The position numbers were made by a program, and so were the translations under genes. From Mobula hypostoma (Eukaryota), in the NCBI RefSeq assembly GCF_963921235.1, contig NC_086097.1, positions 61,940,001 through 62,004,000 on the forward strand: a stretch of 64,000 nt of DNA. Direction: 5' to 3'. The notes beneath the pieces are model-generated. The model made no database searches. It was not told the DNA's origin and saw nothing but the letters and a program-made list of their open reading frames with translations. Positions 1 through 12,955 of this stretch are shown here, piece by piece; position 1 is the first letter of the stretch; the number at the start of each line of letters is the position of its first letter.

Positions 1-301
1 TGATCAGCCCTCCAACACCAAATGCCGAGCACCATCTCTATCCAAACGCTTCAACCTCAGCCTCAGTCTCCAGCAGCAGGCAAAGCCGGGGATTTTGGGG
101 CGTTCCCTCCAGAGATTCTCGATCGCACAGTAGCAGCAGCAGCGAACCAGCATTTTAGAAATTTCTCCAGATGTTCCTCTGTGCTTTCACGTCTGTCTCC
201 ATCAAATCAGAATTGTCCATGGCCTGTATTTAACAGATACGTTATCATTTCGCTGGAGAGCTGCGCGCACTGTGTCGCGCTGCCATCTTTTCCTCCCACC
301 A

Positions 302-2634
302 AATAGAACATAGAACATAGAATAGTACAGCATATTACAGGTCCTTTGGCCCACAATGTTGTGCCGACCCTCAAACCCTGCCTCCCATATAACTCCCAAC
401 CTTAAATTCCTCCATATACCTGTCTAGTAGTCTCTTAAACTTCACTAGTGCATCTGCCTCCACCACAGACTCAGGCAGTACATTCCACGCACCAACCACT
501 CTCTGAGTAAAAAACCTTCCTCTAATATCCCCCTTGAACTTCCCACTCCTTACCTTAAAGCCATGTCCTCTTGTATTGAGCAGTGGTGCCCTGGAGAAGA
601 GGCGCTGGCTATCCACTCTATCTATTCCTCTTAATATCTTGCACATCTCTATCATGTCTCCTCTCATCCTCCTTCTCTCCAAAGAGTAAAGCCCTAGCTC
701 CCTTAATCTCTGATCATATTGCATACTTTCTAAACCAGGCAGCATCCTGGTAAATCTCCTCTGTACCCTTTCCAATGCTTCCACATCCTTCCTATAGTGA
801 GGTGACCAGAACTGGACACAGTACTCCAAATGTGGCCTAACCAGAGTTTTATAGAGCTGCATCATTACATCGCGGCTCTTAAACTCTATCCCTCGACTTA
901 TGAAAGCTAACACTCCATAAGCTTTCTTAACTACCCTATCCACCTGTGAGGCAACTTTCAGGGATCTGTGGACATGTACCCCCAGATCCCTCTGCTCCTC
1001 CACACTACCAAGTTTCCTGCCATTTACTTTGTACTCTGCCTTGGAGTTTGTCCTTCCAAAGTGTACCACCTCACACTTCTCCGGGTTGAACTCCATCTGC
1101 CACTTCTCAGCCCACTTCAGCATCCTATCATTGTCTCTCTGCAATCTTTGACAATCCTCTACACTACCTACAACACCACCAACCTTTGTGTTGTCTGCAA
1201 ACTTGCTAAATCCACCCTTCTACCCCCACATCCAGGTCGTTAATAAAAATCACAAAAAGTAGAGGTGCCAGAACAGATCCTTGTGGGACACCACTAGTCA
1301 CAACCCTGCAATCTGAATGTACGCCCTCCACCACGACCCTCTGCCTTCTGCAGGCAAGCCAATTCTGTATCCACCTGGCCAAACTTCCCTGGATCCCAAG
1401 CCTTATGACTTTCTGGATAAGCCTACCGTGCAGAACCCTGTCAAATGCCTTACTAAAATCCACTTAGATCACATCCACTGCACTACCCTCATCTATATGC
1501 CTGGTCACCTCCTCAAAGAACTCGATCAGGCTTGTTAGACACGATCTGCCCTTCACAAAGCCATGCTGCCTGTCCCTGATCAGACCATGATTCTCTAAAT
1601 GCCCAGAGATCCTATCTCTAAGAATCTTTTCCAACAGCTTTCCCACCACAGACGCAAGGCTCACTGGTCTATAATTACCCGGACTATCGCTACTACCTTT
1701 TTTGAACAAAGTGACAACATCCCTCCAATCCTCCGGTACCATTCCCGTGGACAACAAGGACATAAAGATCCTAGCCACAGGCTCAGCAATCTCTTCCCTC
1801 GCCTCGTGGAGCAGCCTGGGGAATATTCCGTCAGGCCCCGGGGACTTATCTGTCCTAATGTATTATAACAACTCCAACACCTCCTCTCCCTTAATATCAA
1901 CATGCTCCAGAACATCAACCTCGCTCATATTGTCCTCATCGTCATCAAGTTCCCTCTCATTGGTGAATACCGAAGAGAAGTATTCATTGAGGACCTCGTT
2001 CACTTCCACAACTTCTAGGCACATCTTCCCATCTTTATCTCTAACCGGTCCTACCTTCACTCCTGTCATCCTTTTGTTCTTCACATAAGTGAAAAATGCC
2101 TTGGGATTTTCCTTTACCCTACTCGCCAAGGCCTTCTCATGCTCCCTTCTTGCTCTTCTCAGCCCCTTCTTAAGCTCCTTTCTTGCTACCCTATTTTCCT
2201 CAATAGACCCATCTGATCTTTGCTTCCTAAACCTCATGTATGCTGCCTTCTTCCACCTGACTAGATTTTCCAGCTCAGTTGTTGCCCATGGTTCCTTCAC
2301 CCTCCCATTCTTTATCTTCCTCACCGGAACAAATTTATCCCTAACATCCAGCAAGAGATCCCGAAACATCGACCACATATCCAGAGTACATTTCCCTGCA
2401 AACACATCATCCCAATTCACACCCACAAGTTCTAGCCTTATAGCCTCATAATTTGCACTTCCCCAGTTAAAAATTTTCCTGTCCTCTCTGATTCTGTCCT
2501 TTTCTATGATAATGCTAAAGGCCAGGGAGTGGTGGTCACTGTCCCCCAGATGCTCATCCACTGAGAGATCTGTGACCTGACCCGGTTTGTTACCAGGTAC
2601 TAGATCTAGTATAGCATTCCCCCTAGTCGGCCTG
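302..2634 (-). mobile_element. CR1-clade LINE, young subfamily A, 3' part (RT, 3'UTR, (TTCTATG)n tail), disrupted
   Basis: ORFs 371-1144, 1206-1463, 1464-1778 and 1863-2642 give CR1 ORF2 motifs ([35 protein letters not shown]); ATAGAAC repeats at 302-322; stops and frameshifts present. Confidence 0.95.
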
Positions 2635-5600
2635 CAAACCATAGAACCATAGAATCGTAGAAACTACAGCACAGAAACAGGCCCTTTGGCCCTTCTTGGC
2701 TGTGCCGAACCATTTTCTGCCTAGTCCCACTGACCTGCACACGGACCATATCCCTCCATACATCTCCCATCCATGTATCTGTCCAATTTATTCTTAAATG
2801 TTAAAAAAAGAACCCGCATTTACCACCTCGTCTGGCAGCTCATTCCATACTCCCACCACTCTCTGTGTGAAGAAGCCCCTCCTAATGTTCCCTTTAAACT
2901 TTTCCCCCCTCACCCTTAACCCATGTCCTCTGGCTTTTTTCTCCCCTTGCCTCAGTGGAAAAAGCCTGCTTGCATTCACTCTATCTATACCTATCATAAT
3001 TTTATATACCTCTATCAAATCCCCCCTCATTCTTCTACGTTCCAGGGAATAAAGTCCTAACCTATTCAACCTTTCTCTGTAACTGAGTTTCTCAAGTCCC
3101 GGCAACATCCTTGTAAACCTTCTCTGCACTCTTTCAACCTTATTTATATCCTTCCTGTAATTTGGTGACCAAAACTGAACACAATACTCCAGATTTGGCC
3201 TCACCAATGCCTTATACAACCTCATCGTAACATTCCAGCTCTTATATTCAGTACTTTGATTAATAAAGGCCAATGTACCAAAAGCTCTCTTTACGACCCT
3301 ATCTACCTGTGACGACACTTTTAGGGAATTTTGTATCTGTATTCCCAGATCCCTCTGTTCCACTGCACTCCTCAGTGCCTTACCATTAACCCTGTATGTT
3401 CTACGTTGGTTTGTCCTTCCAACGTGCAATACCTCACACTTGTCAGTATTAAACTCCATCTGCCATTTTTCAGCCCATTTTTCCAGATGGTCCAAGTCCC
3501 TCCGCAGGCTCTAAAAACCTTCCTCACTGTCTACTACACCTCCAATCTTTGTATCATCAGCAAACTTGCTGATCCAATTTACCACATTATCATCCAGATC
3601 ATTGATATAGATGACAAATAACAATGGACCCAGCACTGATCCCTGTGGCACACCACTAGTCACAGGCCTCCACTCGGAGAAGCAATTCTCTACCACCACT
3701 CTCTGGTTTCTTCCATTGAGCCAATGTCTAATCCAATTTACCACCTCTCCATGTATACCTAGTGACTGAATTTTCCTAACTAACCTCCCATGCGAGACCT
3801 TGTCAAAGGCCTTACTGAAGTCCATGTAGACAATATCCACTGCCTTCCCTTCATCCACTTTCCTGGTAACCTCCTCGAAAAACTCCAACAGGTTGGTCAA
3901 ACATGACCTACCACGCACAAAGCCACGTTGACTCTCCCTAATAAGCCGCTGTCTATCCAAATGCTTGTAGATTCTGTCTCTTAGTACGCCCTCCAATAAC
4001 TTACCTACTACTGACGTTAAACTCACCGGCCTATAATTTCCCGGATTACTTTTCGATCCTTTTTTAAACAACGGAACAACATGAGCCACTCTCCAATCTT
4101 CCGGCACTTCACCCGTAGACAGCGACATTTTAAATATTTCTGTCAGGGCCCCCGCAATTTCAACACTAGTCTCCTTCAAGGTCCGAGGGAACACTGTCAG
4201 GTCCCGGGGATTTATCCACTTTAATTTTCCTCAAGACAGCAAGCACCTCCTCCTTTTCAATCTGTACAGTTTCCATGGTCTCACTACTTGATTCCCTCAA
4301 TTCCATAGATTTCATGCCAGCTTCCTTAGTAAATACAGACGCAAAAAACCTATTTAAGATCTCCCCCATTTCCTTTGGTTCCGCACAAAGCCGACCACTC
4401 TGATATGCAAGAGGACCAATTTTATCCCTTACAATCCTTTTGCTCTTAATATACTTGTAAAAGGTCTTTGGATTATCCTTCACTTTGACTGCCAAGGCAA
4501 CCTCATGTCTTCTTTTAGCCCTCCTGATTTCTTTCTTTAAGTACTTTCTTGCACTTCTTATACTCCTCAAGCACCTGATTTACCCCCTGTTTCCTATACA
4601 TTTCATACACTCTCTCTTTTTCTTTTTCAGAGTTGCAATATCCCTTGAGAACCAAGGTTCCTTATTCCTATTCAATTTGCCTTTAATCCTGACAGGAACA
4701 TACAAACTCTGCACTCTCAAAATTTCCCCTTTGAAGGCTTCCCACCTACCAATCACATCTTTGCCAGAGAACAACCTGTCCTAATCCACACTTTTTAGAT
4801 CCTTTCTCATTTCTTCAAACTTGGCCTTCTTCCAGTTCAGAACCTCAATCCTAGGACCAGATCTATCCTTGCCATGATCAAATTGAAACTAATGGTGTTA
4901 TGATCACTGGAACCAAAGTGCTCCCCTACACAGACTTCTGTCACTTGCCCTAATTCGTTACCTAACAGGAGATCCAATATTGCATCCCCTCTAGTTGGTC
5001 CCTCTATATATTGATTTAGAAAATTTTCCTGAACACATTTTACAAACTCTAAACCATCTAGACCCCTAACAATATGGGAGTCCCAATCAATGTATGGAAA
5101 ATTAAAATCCCCTACCACCACAACTTTATGTTTCCTGCAGTTGCCTGCTATCTCTCTGCAGATTTGCTCTTCCAAGTCTCATTGACTATTGGGTGGTCTG
5201 TAATACAATCCCACTAATGTGGCCATACCTTTCCTGTTTCTCTGCTCCACCCATAAGGACTCAATAGACAAGCCCTCTAATCTGTCCTGCCTGAGCACTG
5301 CTGTAATATTTTCCCTAACAAGCAATGCTACTCCCCCACCTTTCATTCCTCTGCCTTGATCACATCTGAAACATCGGAACCCTGGAATATTAAGCTGCCA
5401 GTCCTGCCCCTCCTGTAGCCAAGTTACACTAATTGTTACAACATCATAATTCCACGTGTCAATCCACGCCCTCAACTCATCCACCTTCCCTACAATACTC
5501 CTAGCATTGAAATATACCACCACTCACAACCTTTCTATCAGCGGATTTGCTTAAACTTACAACATCATTTATTTTCACCCCAGCCACACTGTCAGCTCTG

Positions 5601-5683
5601 GTACTGTGGTTCCCATCCCCCTGCAAATCTAGTTTAAAGCCCCCCCCCAATAGCATTAACAAACCTCCCTGCAAGGATATTGG
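2635..5683 (-). mobile_element. CR1-clade LINE, subfamily B, complete but frameshifted ORF2 (APE endonuclease + RT) plus end of ORF1, nested in the subfamily A copy
   Basis: ORFs 5179-5523 (YFNARSI, GGGVALLV), 4837-5175 (VGDFNFP, SSDH), 3511-4194 (KFADDTK), 2794-3495; own tail accatagaaccatagaa near 2638. Confidence 0.95.
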
Positions 5684-6066
5684 TCAGGTTCCAATATTAA
5701 GGAAAGTCACCCATGATAACAACCCTGTTATTTTTGCACCTTTCTAAAATCTGCCTCCCAATCTGCTCCTCGGTATCTCTGCTGCTACTGGCGGCCTATA
5801 GAATACCCCCAATAGAGTAACTGCTCCCTTCCTGTTCCTGACTTCCACCCATACTGACTCAAAAGATGATCCTGCTACATTACCCACCCTTTCTGTAGCT
5901 GTAATAGTATCCCTGACCAGTAATGCCACCCCTCCTCCCCTTTCTCCCCCACCTCTTTATCCCTTTTAAAGCACTGAAATCCAGGAATATTGAGAATCCA
6001 TTCCTGCCCTGGTGCCAGCCAAGTCTCTGTAATAGCCACTACATCATAATCCCATGTATGTATCCA
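5684..6066 (-). mobile_element. 5' continuation (APE region) of the CR1 subfamily A copy
   Basis: Near-identical to 18077-18419; ORF 5744-5929 ALLVRDTITA...GVFYRPP. Confidence 0.9.
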
Positions 6067-6228
6067 TCAGGCTTTGACTTCTGGAACACTTATTGAATTT
6101 TGGGTTCCATTCTTTGGTATCAATGCCTCCTGCTCATTTGGCTTTCAAGTGCAGAGTAGAGGCCTGTACTGCAGATGTGTTTTGTCACCCATCCACATTG
6201 TTGTCCTTCAAACATTAGGAAACAGAGA

Positions 6229-6340
6229 CCTGATCTCTAAATCCTCCACATCCCTGTCCCTAAAATTTAATCTGACTTCTAACTTCCCCACATCACTGTC
6301 CCTAAACCCTAACCTGACCTCTAATTTCCCTCTCTGTCCT
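6229..6340. repeat. Degenerate tandem repeat, unit about 42 bp, about 2.6 copies
   Basis: Units resembling ctgaYYtctaa..cacatcMctgtccctaaa repeat directly. Confidence 0.6.
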
Positions 6341-6544
6341 CAAGACCATTGATAACTTCAAAATAAAACAGCTAAGTCTGGGCCACAATATCAATAGGGA
6401 CCACAGCTCAGCACCATCCTGGCAGCATCAAGTCCTAGAAAGATCCCGAACAAAATATCCATTGAAATGGTCTGATCCATTTCACTTCGAAAAAAATGTA
6501 TTTGAAGACATTTGAAATTGCTGGAAGAGAGAGTGTATAGAGGA

Positions 6545-6580
6545 ACATACATCAAAGTTGCTGCAGAATTCCTGTTGTTT
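6545..6580. mobile_element. 36-bp Penelope-terminus mini-insertion with 12-bp TSD
   Basis: gtgtatagagga at 6533-6544 and 6581-6592; insert matches both termini of the 32509-33341 element. Confidence 0.8.
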
Positions 6581-6629
6581 GTGTATAGAGGATATCATTT
6601 CAGTGATGGTCATCTGCAAGCTCAAAGAT

Positions 6630-7600
6630 CAAAAGGGTCAGAGATGCTCATGACAGATAATGGGCCAAAGTTTACAGTAGGAAACTTTATGAGACTTCCA
6701 AAGGACTAGCAATTTAATCAGTGTCACTTTGTAGTAACAGAAAGGCAGAGAATACAATGAATATAACTGAGGAAATACAGAAGGCAGCTAGCTCATCTCA
6801 GCACACTCCTTTTTAAACCTCCTAGCTTTCCATTATGATCTAGCCCAAGGAACGATGAAAATTGCTGGACTCCAGACTTATGAGCAGGTGAACCAGAAAT
6901 GTTCTCCTGACAGAGAAGCTATTGCAAAAAGCAGTGCAGAAAAGTTAGAAGATTACAGACGCAAACGTCGACTCTACCTCTTCCTAGAGATGCTGCCTGG
7001 CCTGCTGCGTTCACCAGCAACTTTGATGTGTGTTGCGAGAAGATTACAGACAATGGTAGGGTTTTTTATTGCAGCAGAAATGCCAAAAAAACCTGAGTTT
7101 TGACAAAGTGAACCTGAGGCAATAATTTTGCTTCTCTTTCCACAGAAGATGCCAGCTTGCCGAGTTCTTTCAGCATCTGTATTTTCTTGTGATTTTTGTG
7201 TGTTAAAGTCCTGCTGCTTCTGAAAGATGGGGTCAGTGAGAATAAATTCAATGTGAGACCAACATCAAGCTTGATAGATGGAATATACATTCCACCCTCA
7301 AGGTCACACATTTCTATGAGAGTAAAGGATGTCCCATATTAAGGGAGCAGGTGGCATCACAGTTTAAGAGACTGAAGCAGAACGTAAGGTGATAGCAAAT
7401 TCACACCAGTTCTGCAGGGCGAGAATATCACAGCTCAGCAAGAGTCCTCTGGAGACCTACCATCATGTTGTGAGGGACAGTCCACAACCCAAGTGCTTGA
7501 GGACTATACAACTATCTAAATGTGTCTATTTTCCTATTTTCCCTTATTAAAGGATGGATGTTATATTTTTGTCATATGTAATTTTAGTCAATGGATAAAA
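6630..7600 (+). mobile_element. Highly decayed Gypsy integrase / PPT remnant
   Basis: EMLMTDNGPKFT resembles the integrase SDNGPQF motif; purine tract followed by TG near 7550-7560. Confidence 0.4.
6961..7037 (+). mobile_element. 77-bp Penelope terminal fragment with 14-bp TSD
   Basis: agaagattacagac at 6947-6960 and 7038-7051; insert matches 33269-33342. Confidence 0.85.
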
Positions 7601-8896
7601 CATTTGATGCTATCACTCTAATTGGATTATTACATATGACTAATCTTGGGATAGCACTGTAAAATTGTTTAACAAGGAATGTCCAGAAGAAAAGTGCTTT
7701 AAAGAAGCAACTGCCAAGATGCTGGCTGACTCTGCAAGGTGTTCAAAAGAACCAGCTCCTTACAGTTTCTAAGATAGTAGAGAAGTACTGTGACCCAAAA
7801 AGTTAGCAGCCTTCCAAGTTTCACTCTGCGGCTGCTGACTTACACTGTGAAGGAGCACTCAGGAAACCAACAGCAAAAACATTAAGAAATGCATAGGGCA
7901 ATCATTTGACATTTATAGGCCACGACACTGGTGCCAAGCTGTATGGGTTCTAATGCCCTTCCCTTGGACAACACTGGTGTCGTGGAGAGGGGAGACTTGC
8001 AGCATGGGCAACGGCTGGTCTTCCATGCAACCTTGCCCAGGCCTGCGCCCTGGAGAGTGAAGACTTTCTAGACGCAGATCCATGGTCTCGCAAGACTAAC
8101 GGATGCCTTTATTATTATATGGCATTTTGTAAATTTGATTTTGAATATTATCATTGTTGGCTTTTATGTTTGACTCCTGGCCAAGAGAATCAGCAGGAGC
8201 AGGAATGTAAGAATTGTGAAAATGTTCATCCAGAAAGACCATGCCTGATTTATCTCCCCTCTTCTTCTTCCTTTCTCCTCCCTTTCTTAGTCCTCCCTCT
8301 TCTTTGTTCTCTTTCCTTCTTCCCCCCATCCTTTTCTTCTGACTCTCTCACTTTTTCTCCATTCATCCTCTTCGCTTTATCCCTTTCCATTTCTCCTTTG
8401 AGGATTCAAAGTACATTTATCAAAGTATGCAAGCAGTGTACAACCCAGAGATTCATCTCCCCCACAAACAGCCACAAATCAAATGAGACCACGGAACCTG
8501 TTCAAAGAAAAACATCAAATCACCATCCACACAAAATAAAAACAAATTGTGCAAATGGCAACAACAAAAAAAAGTGAAATATACAGAATATAAAACACAA
8601 GATTGAAAGAGTCCAACCATATTTAGTTCAGCTTAGTGTTCATTACCTGCAGGCTGCTCAGATTCAAAGTCTCCCAAAATAGCAACAAGAAAAAGGAGAT
8701 TCAGTATGTCATGAAAGACATATGCAAATTTCTACGGAAGTACAGTGGAGAGCATTCTGACTGGTTGCATCACTGTCTGGTATGGAAGCTCTAATGTACA
8801 AGATCCAAAGATGCAGTAGAGAGTTATAGATTCAACCAGCTCCATTATGGGCACAAATCTCCCCACCAGCAAGGTCATCTCCAAAAGGCGGTGCCT

Positions 8897-9395
8897 CAAT
8901 TGAATTGACTTTATTTCTTACATCCTTCACGCACCTGAGGAATAAAAATCTTTACATTATGAATCCGTCTGAATGTGTAATGTACAAATTATAGTAATTT
9001 GTAATAAATAGTATGTACAGTAAGATATACAACAGAACTGTCAATATAACACAGAGATACAACTGTGTCAACGTGAATTAATCAGTCTGATGGTCTAGTG
9101 GAAGAAGTTGTCCCAGAGCCTGTTGGACCTGGCTTTTATGCCATGGTACTCTTTCCTGGATGGTAGCAGCTGGATCCGTTTGTGGCTGGGGTGACTCGGG
9201 TCCCTAAAGATCCTTCGGGCCATTTTTACACACCTGTCGCTGTGAATGTCCTGAATAGTGGGAAGTTCACATCTACGGATGCACTGGTCTGTCCTCACCA
9301 CTCTCTGCAGAATCCTGCAATAGAGGGAGGTAGAGTTCCCATACCAGGAAGTGATACAGCCAGTCAGGATGTTTTCAATTGTGCCTCTATAGAAT
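8897..9395 (-). mobile_element. Rex1/Babar-type LINE 3' fragment
   Basis: ORF 9095-9301 (DPSHPSHK..LLPSRK); aattgaattga tail. Confidence 0.7.
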
Positions 9396-9652
9396 TATGC
9401 CCTGTTGGTGGTATCCATCATACAGGACTCTCGCCAGCTGGGACATGCCCTCTTCTCATTACTACCATAAGGGAGGTGGTACAGGAGCCTGAAGACACGC
9501 ACTCAACATTTTAGGAACAGCTTCTTCCCCTCCACCATTAGATTGCGGATTGGTCCATGAACCCAAGAAGACTACATTGCTATTCTTTTTGTTTGCACAC
9601 TCAATCTATCTATTATTGTAACTTGTAGTAACTTTTTTATGTCTTGCACTGT

Positions 9653-9993
9653 ACTTTGTTCATTTGTTATGTGCTGTGTCATATGACATTGGTCTTTTCA
9701 TGACCATGATTGCTCTTGGCAAATTTTTCTACAGTAGTGGCTTGCCATTCCTTCTTCTGGGCAGTGTCTTTACAAGAAGGGTGACCCCAGCAATTATCAA
9801 TACGCTTCAGAGATTGTCTGCCTGGCCTCAGTGGTTGCATATCCAGGACGTGATGTGCACCAGCTGCACATATGACCATCCACCACCTAAGCCCATGCCT
9901 TCATGTGACCCTAACTACTGTGGGGGGGGGGAGCTAAGCAGGTGCTACACATTGCCCCAGGGTGCCCTGCAGCGTAGCAGAGGAAGAGAGCAC
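9653..9993 (-). mobile_element. SINE-like element with RTE-type 3' end, 10-bp TSD
   Basis: Minus strand gaaggaatggcaagccact...ttgccaag resembles RTE/BovB 3' ends; cttgcactgt at 9643-9652 and 9994-10003. Confidence 0.6.
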
Positions 9994-12417
9994 CTTGCAC
10001 TGTCTGCTGTCCTGAAACAACACATTTCTTGCCTTACAACAATGATAATAAACCTGAATCTGGTTCTCATTCTGATTCACTGTATCCTCCCATCCTTCCT
10101 CCTGCATTTCTTTTTCCTCTGCCTCCATTGAGTACAACAGACTCAATGGGCTAAATGGCCCCATTCTGCTCCTGTGACTTATGATCCACTTGTTCCTCAT
10201 TTCTCCTCATTGCCCCAGTTCAACAACTCTACATTGCATGGCAGATTACAGGGGCTGAGTCCGTATGATGACATTATTGTAAAGCATACATTTGGCTAAG
10301 AACTACAGTATAGGCTTCTTAATAAGCAGTTCAGATGACAAAATGTTGTTTAAGCAGACTGCCTGATCACATTTCATGTGATACCCGACCAGATGTTATG
10401 CACATGATGCCATGTGGACATGCAGTGGTATCAGGTGCCATGTCTGTTATAACCCAATTGGCCACTCTTTGGTTTAACATCATGGTTCAAGTGCAACTGA
10501 TATGACGGAATGGTGCAGAATGAAACAACATGACCACTGCCAGGATGCTAAACACAAGCTTCCATGAAGGATGTACTAATTGGTCACATACCAACTGGGC
10601 AGCCTTCCAGTGTGTGCATCTCCAGGTTGACTTGCAGTGTTCACAAACAAATGTGAGCCCAGTTATCTGTCCCCTCAACTATGAGATAAGATGCAACTGT
10701 CCTGATGTCACATGCTTTTCTCTGGCAAGAGGGTGGCAAGATCAGAGTTGTAGGTGAAATGTGTTTACAGTCCCACTGAAGCTCAGGTACTTTACTTTGT
10801 TCTCTTGTGCAGTTCAGAGAGGGGGTTTAGGTGATATGATCTTCTGTGAGAGCCCTTTTCTCATTTTTCCTTCATCTTCCCATCATCTATCACATTCTGC
10901 TCATTCTCCCAGTGCATGCACTGAAGAAGAGGCACTGGTCTGTACAAAGCCTTGGAGTCAAGTAAAACTACTCCACAGTGTGGCATATTGTTATCTGGAC
11001 TTCAGCCATTTTAAATAAGTCAAGTCAGTGCCAAATCTTCTTCAGATGAAATAACAATTAGAAGAAATGATTCAACTACTTATCTGCAAGAAGCTGATGA
11101 AGCCTTTTAATGCTGCTGGTAGATTTTCCTTCCTGCTGTTAGAAACGTACTTTACCATGTGCAGTTATTCTGGGTTAGGTCCATTTTGTCCCCTTTGGCA
11201 ACAAACCAATATAGCACGCCAGCTGATATCCCAATCTGTCTCTTCTGCACACTTCTTATGGTCAGTAGCATTACACTTATAACTTTCTCAACTCAAAGGC
11301 TAATGTAGCTCTGCTGTTCCAACCAGAGGCAGTAGCAAGGAGAATTTCTATTTACCTTTATTTCCTAACTTGTATGACCAAGCAGCACGCTATTCTCCCT
11401 ACTGTCTACGTCAGCTCTCCAACCATCCAGAATCCCCAATAATTTTCCCTGAGCCTATTCTGGCTGCATTACCATTACTTCCTCCCCACCCCTCCTAGAT
11501 TCTATCATTCACTTATACATACGAGATCATTTACAATATCCATTTAGCGTAGAAGTCCTTATGTCTTTGGGATGTGGGAGGAAATCCATACAGTCACAGG
11601 GAAAATGTTCACAGATAGCAAACAAGATCATAACCAAATCTGGTTGCTCGTGCTTGTGAGGCAGTGGCTCTCTCAGCTGCTCTGAACACAATCTGATTTA
11701 TTTCTGAAGCTTGTTCTACCTGTACCAGCCGTCTTTGATTATTTAACATTGCTTTGTTATCCATGCAAGATTGCATAGTTTTATTGTGTGCTTACCTATT
11801 CAAAGTCGGTGCATATATTGAAAGCTCAGTAAGATTATTCTAAAGGCTTTGTCTTCTTGACACATTACAGGTAAATATATCTCCTATTACATTAATTTAA
11901 ATTCTTTTATACTCTCTTGCATTAGGTACTTTTACAATTGCTAAGTAAATAGGATATTGCTGGAAAAAAACACAGTGGATTGGAATAATATAGACTAACA
12001 ATTTGTTGCTGTCCATAGCACCAATGAACATGCTCTGAAATGGAACAAATTAATAGAAATAAAATCTAAGACATTACAACAAAAGATCAAAATACAAAGA
12101 TAGAAAGCAGTCAAATACGGGTGGGCAGAGCTGTCTCTTCATGTAGACAATTCAGAAGATATGCAATAGGAATAACATGAAGAAAATGTTTATCAAACAT
12201 TGAACCCATTGGCAATTCAAAGTGGTGGTAGATTCTTTGCATTTCACAGGCGAATAAGTTGAAATAAAAATGTGTGGTGTTATTTTTATTACAGCTTTTA
12301 TGAAACTTTAAAATTTACAAGGAACAACCTGTCCTCATGTAGTGCCTTTAACTTCATGAAAATCTTATGGACAATCATCAGGGAATCTTTTACACCATGT
12401 TACAAGAGGATGTTGAA

Positions 12418-12955
12418 CGGAGAACATGGAACAGTACAAGTACAGGAACAGGCCTACCAGTCTATGTCATCTGTGCCGATCATTTTGCCAATTCAAACTG
12501 CACACCCTCAGTTCCCTTTTGGTTCACGTGCCTGGCTAAATGTGTCTTAAACATTGCTAAAGTACCTGCTTCCACCACTTCCTCTGGGACCGTATTCTAG
12601 TCACCAATCTCTGTGTAAAATCTTGCCATGTAAACCTCCATTAAACTTTCCCCCTCTCAATTTAAAGTTACATCCTCTAGTATTTATCATGCATATACTA
12701 GGAACTACCCTTTCTAGGTCTCTCATAACTTTATGTACAGTACTTCAGTCATGTAAACCCTCAGCCTCTGAAACTCCAGAGAAAACCGTCCAATTTTGTC
12801 CGTTTCCTTATATACTCTGTAATCCTGGCAACATCATGATGAACCTCTTCAGCACCCTCCCCAAAGCCTCCACATCCTTCCAGTAATGCAGCAGCCAGAA
12901 CTGTACTCAATGGTCCTGATATGGCCTAATCAAAATTTTATACAGCACTAACATG
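12418..12955 (-). mobile_element. Old decayed CR1 3' end
   Basis: agaacatggaacagtac tail and similarity to other CR1 3' ends in the window. Confidence 0.7.

Larger units (their letters stand above)
8700..10078 (+). mobile_element. Decayed Rex1/Babar-type LINE 3' portion, interrupted by two insertions
   Basis: Encodes NFY..TVESILTGCITVWYG-like RT C-terminus; ends in a tgattc-type tail. Confidence 0.65.

Noticed and set aside
8260..8400. Low-complexity ORFs here and at 59520-59780
   Set aside because: Pyrimidine-rich simple sequence that lacks stop codons by composition
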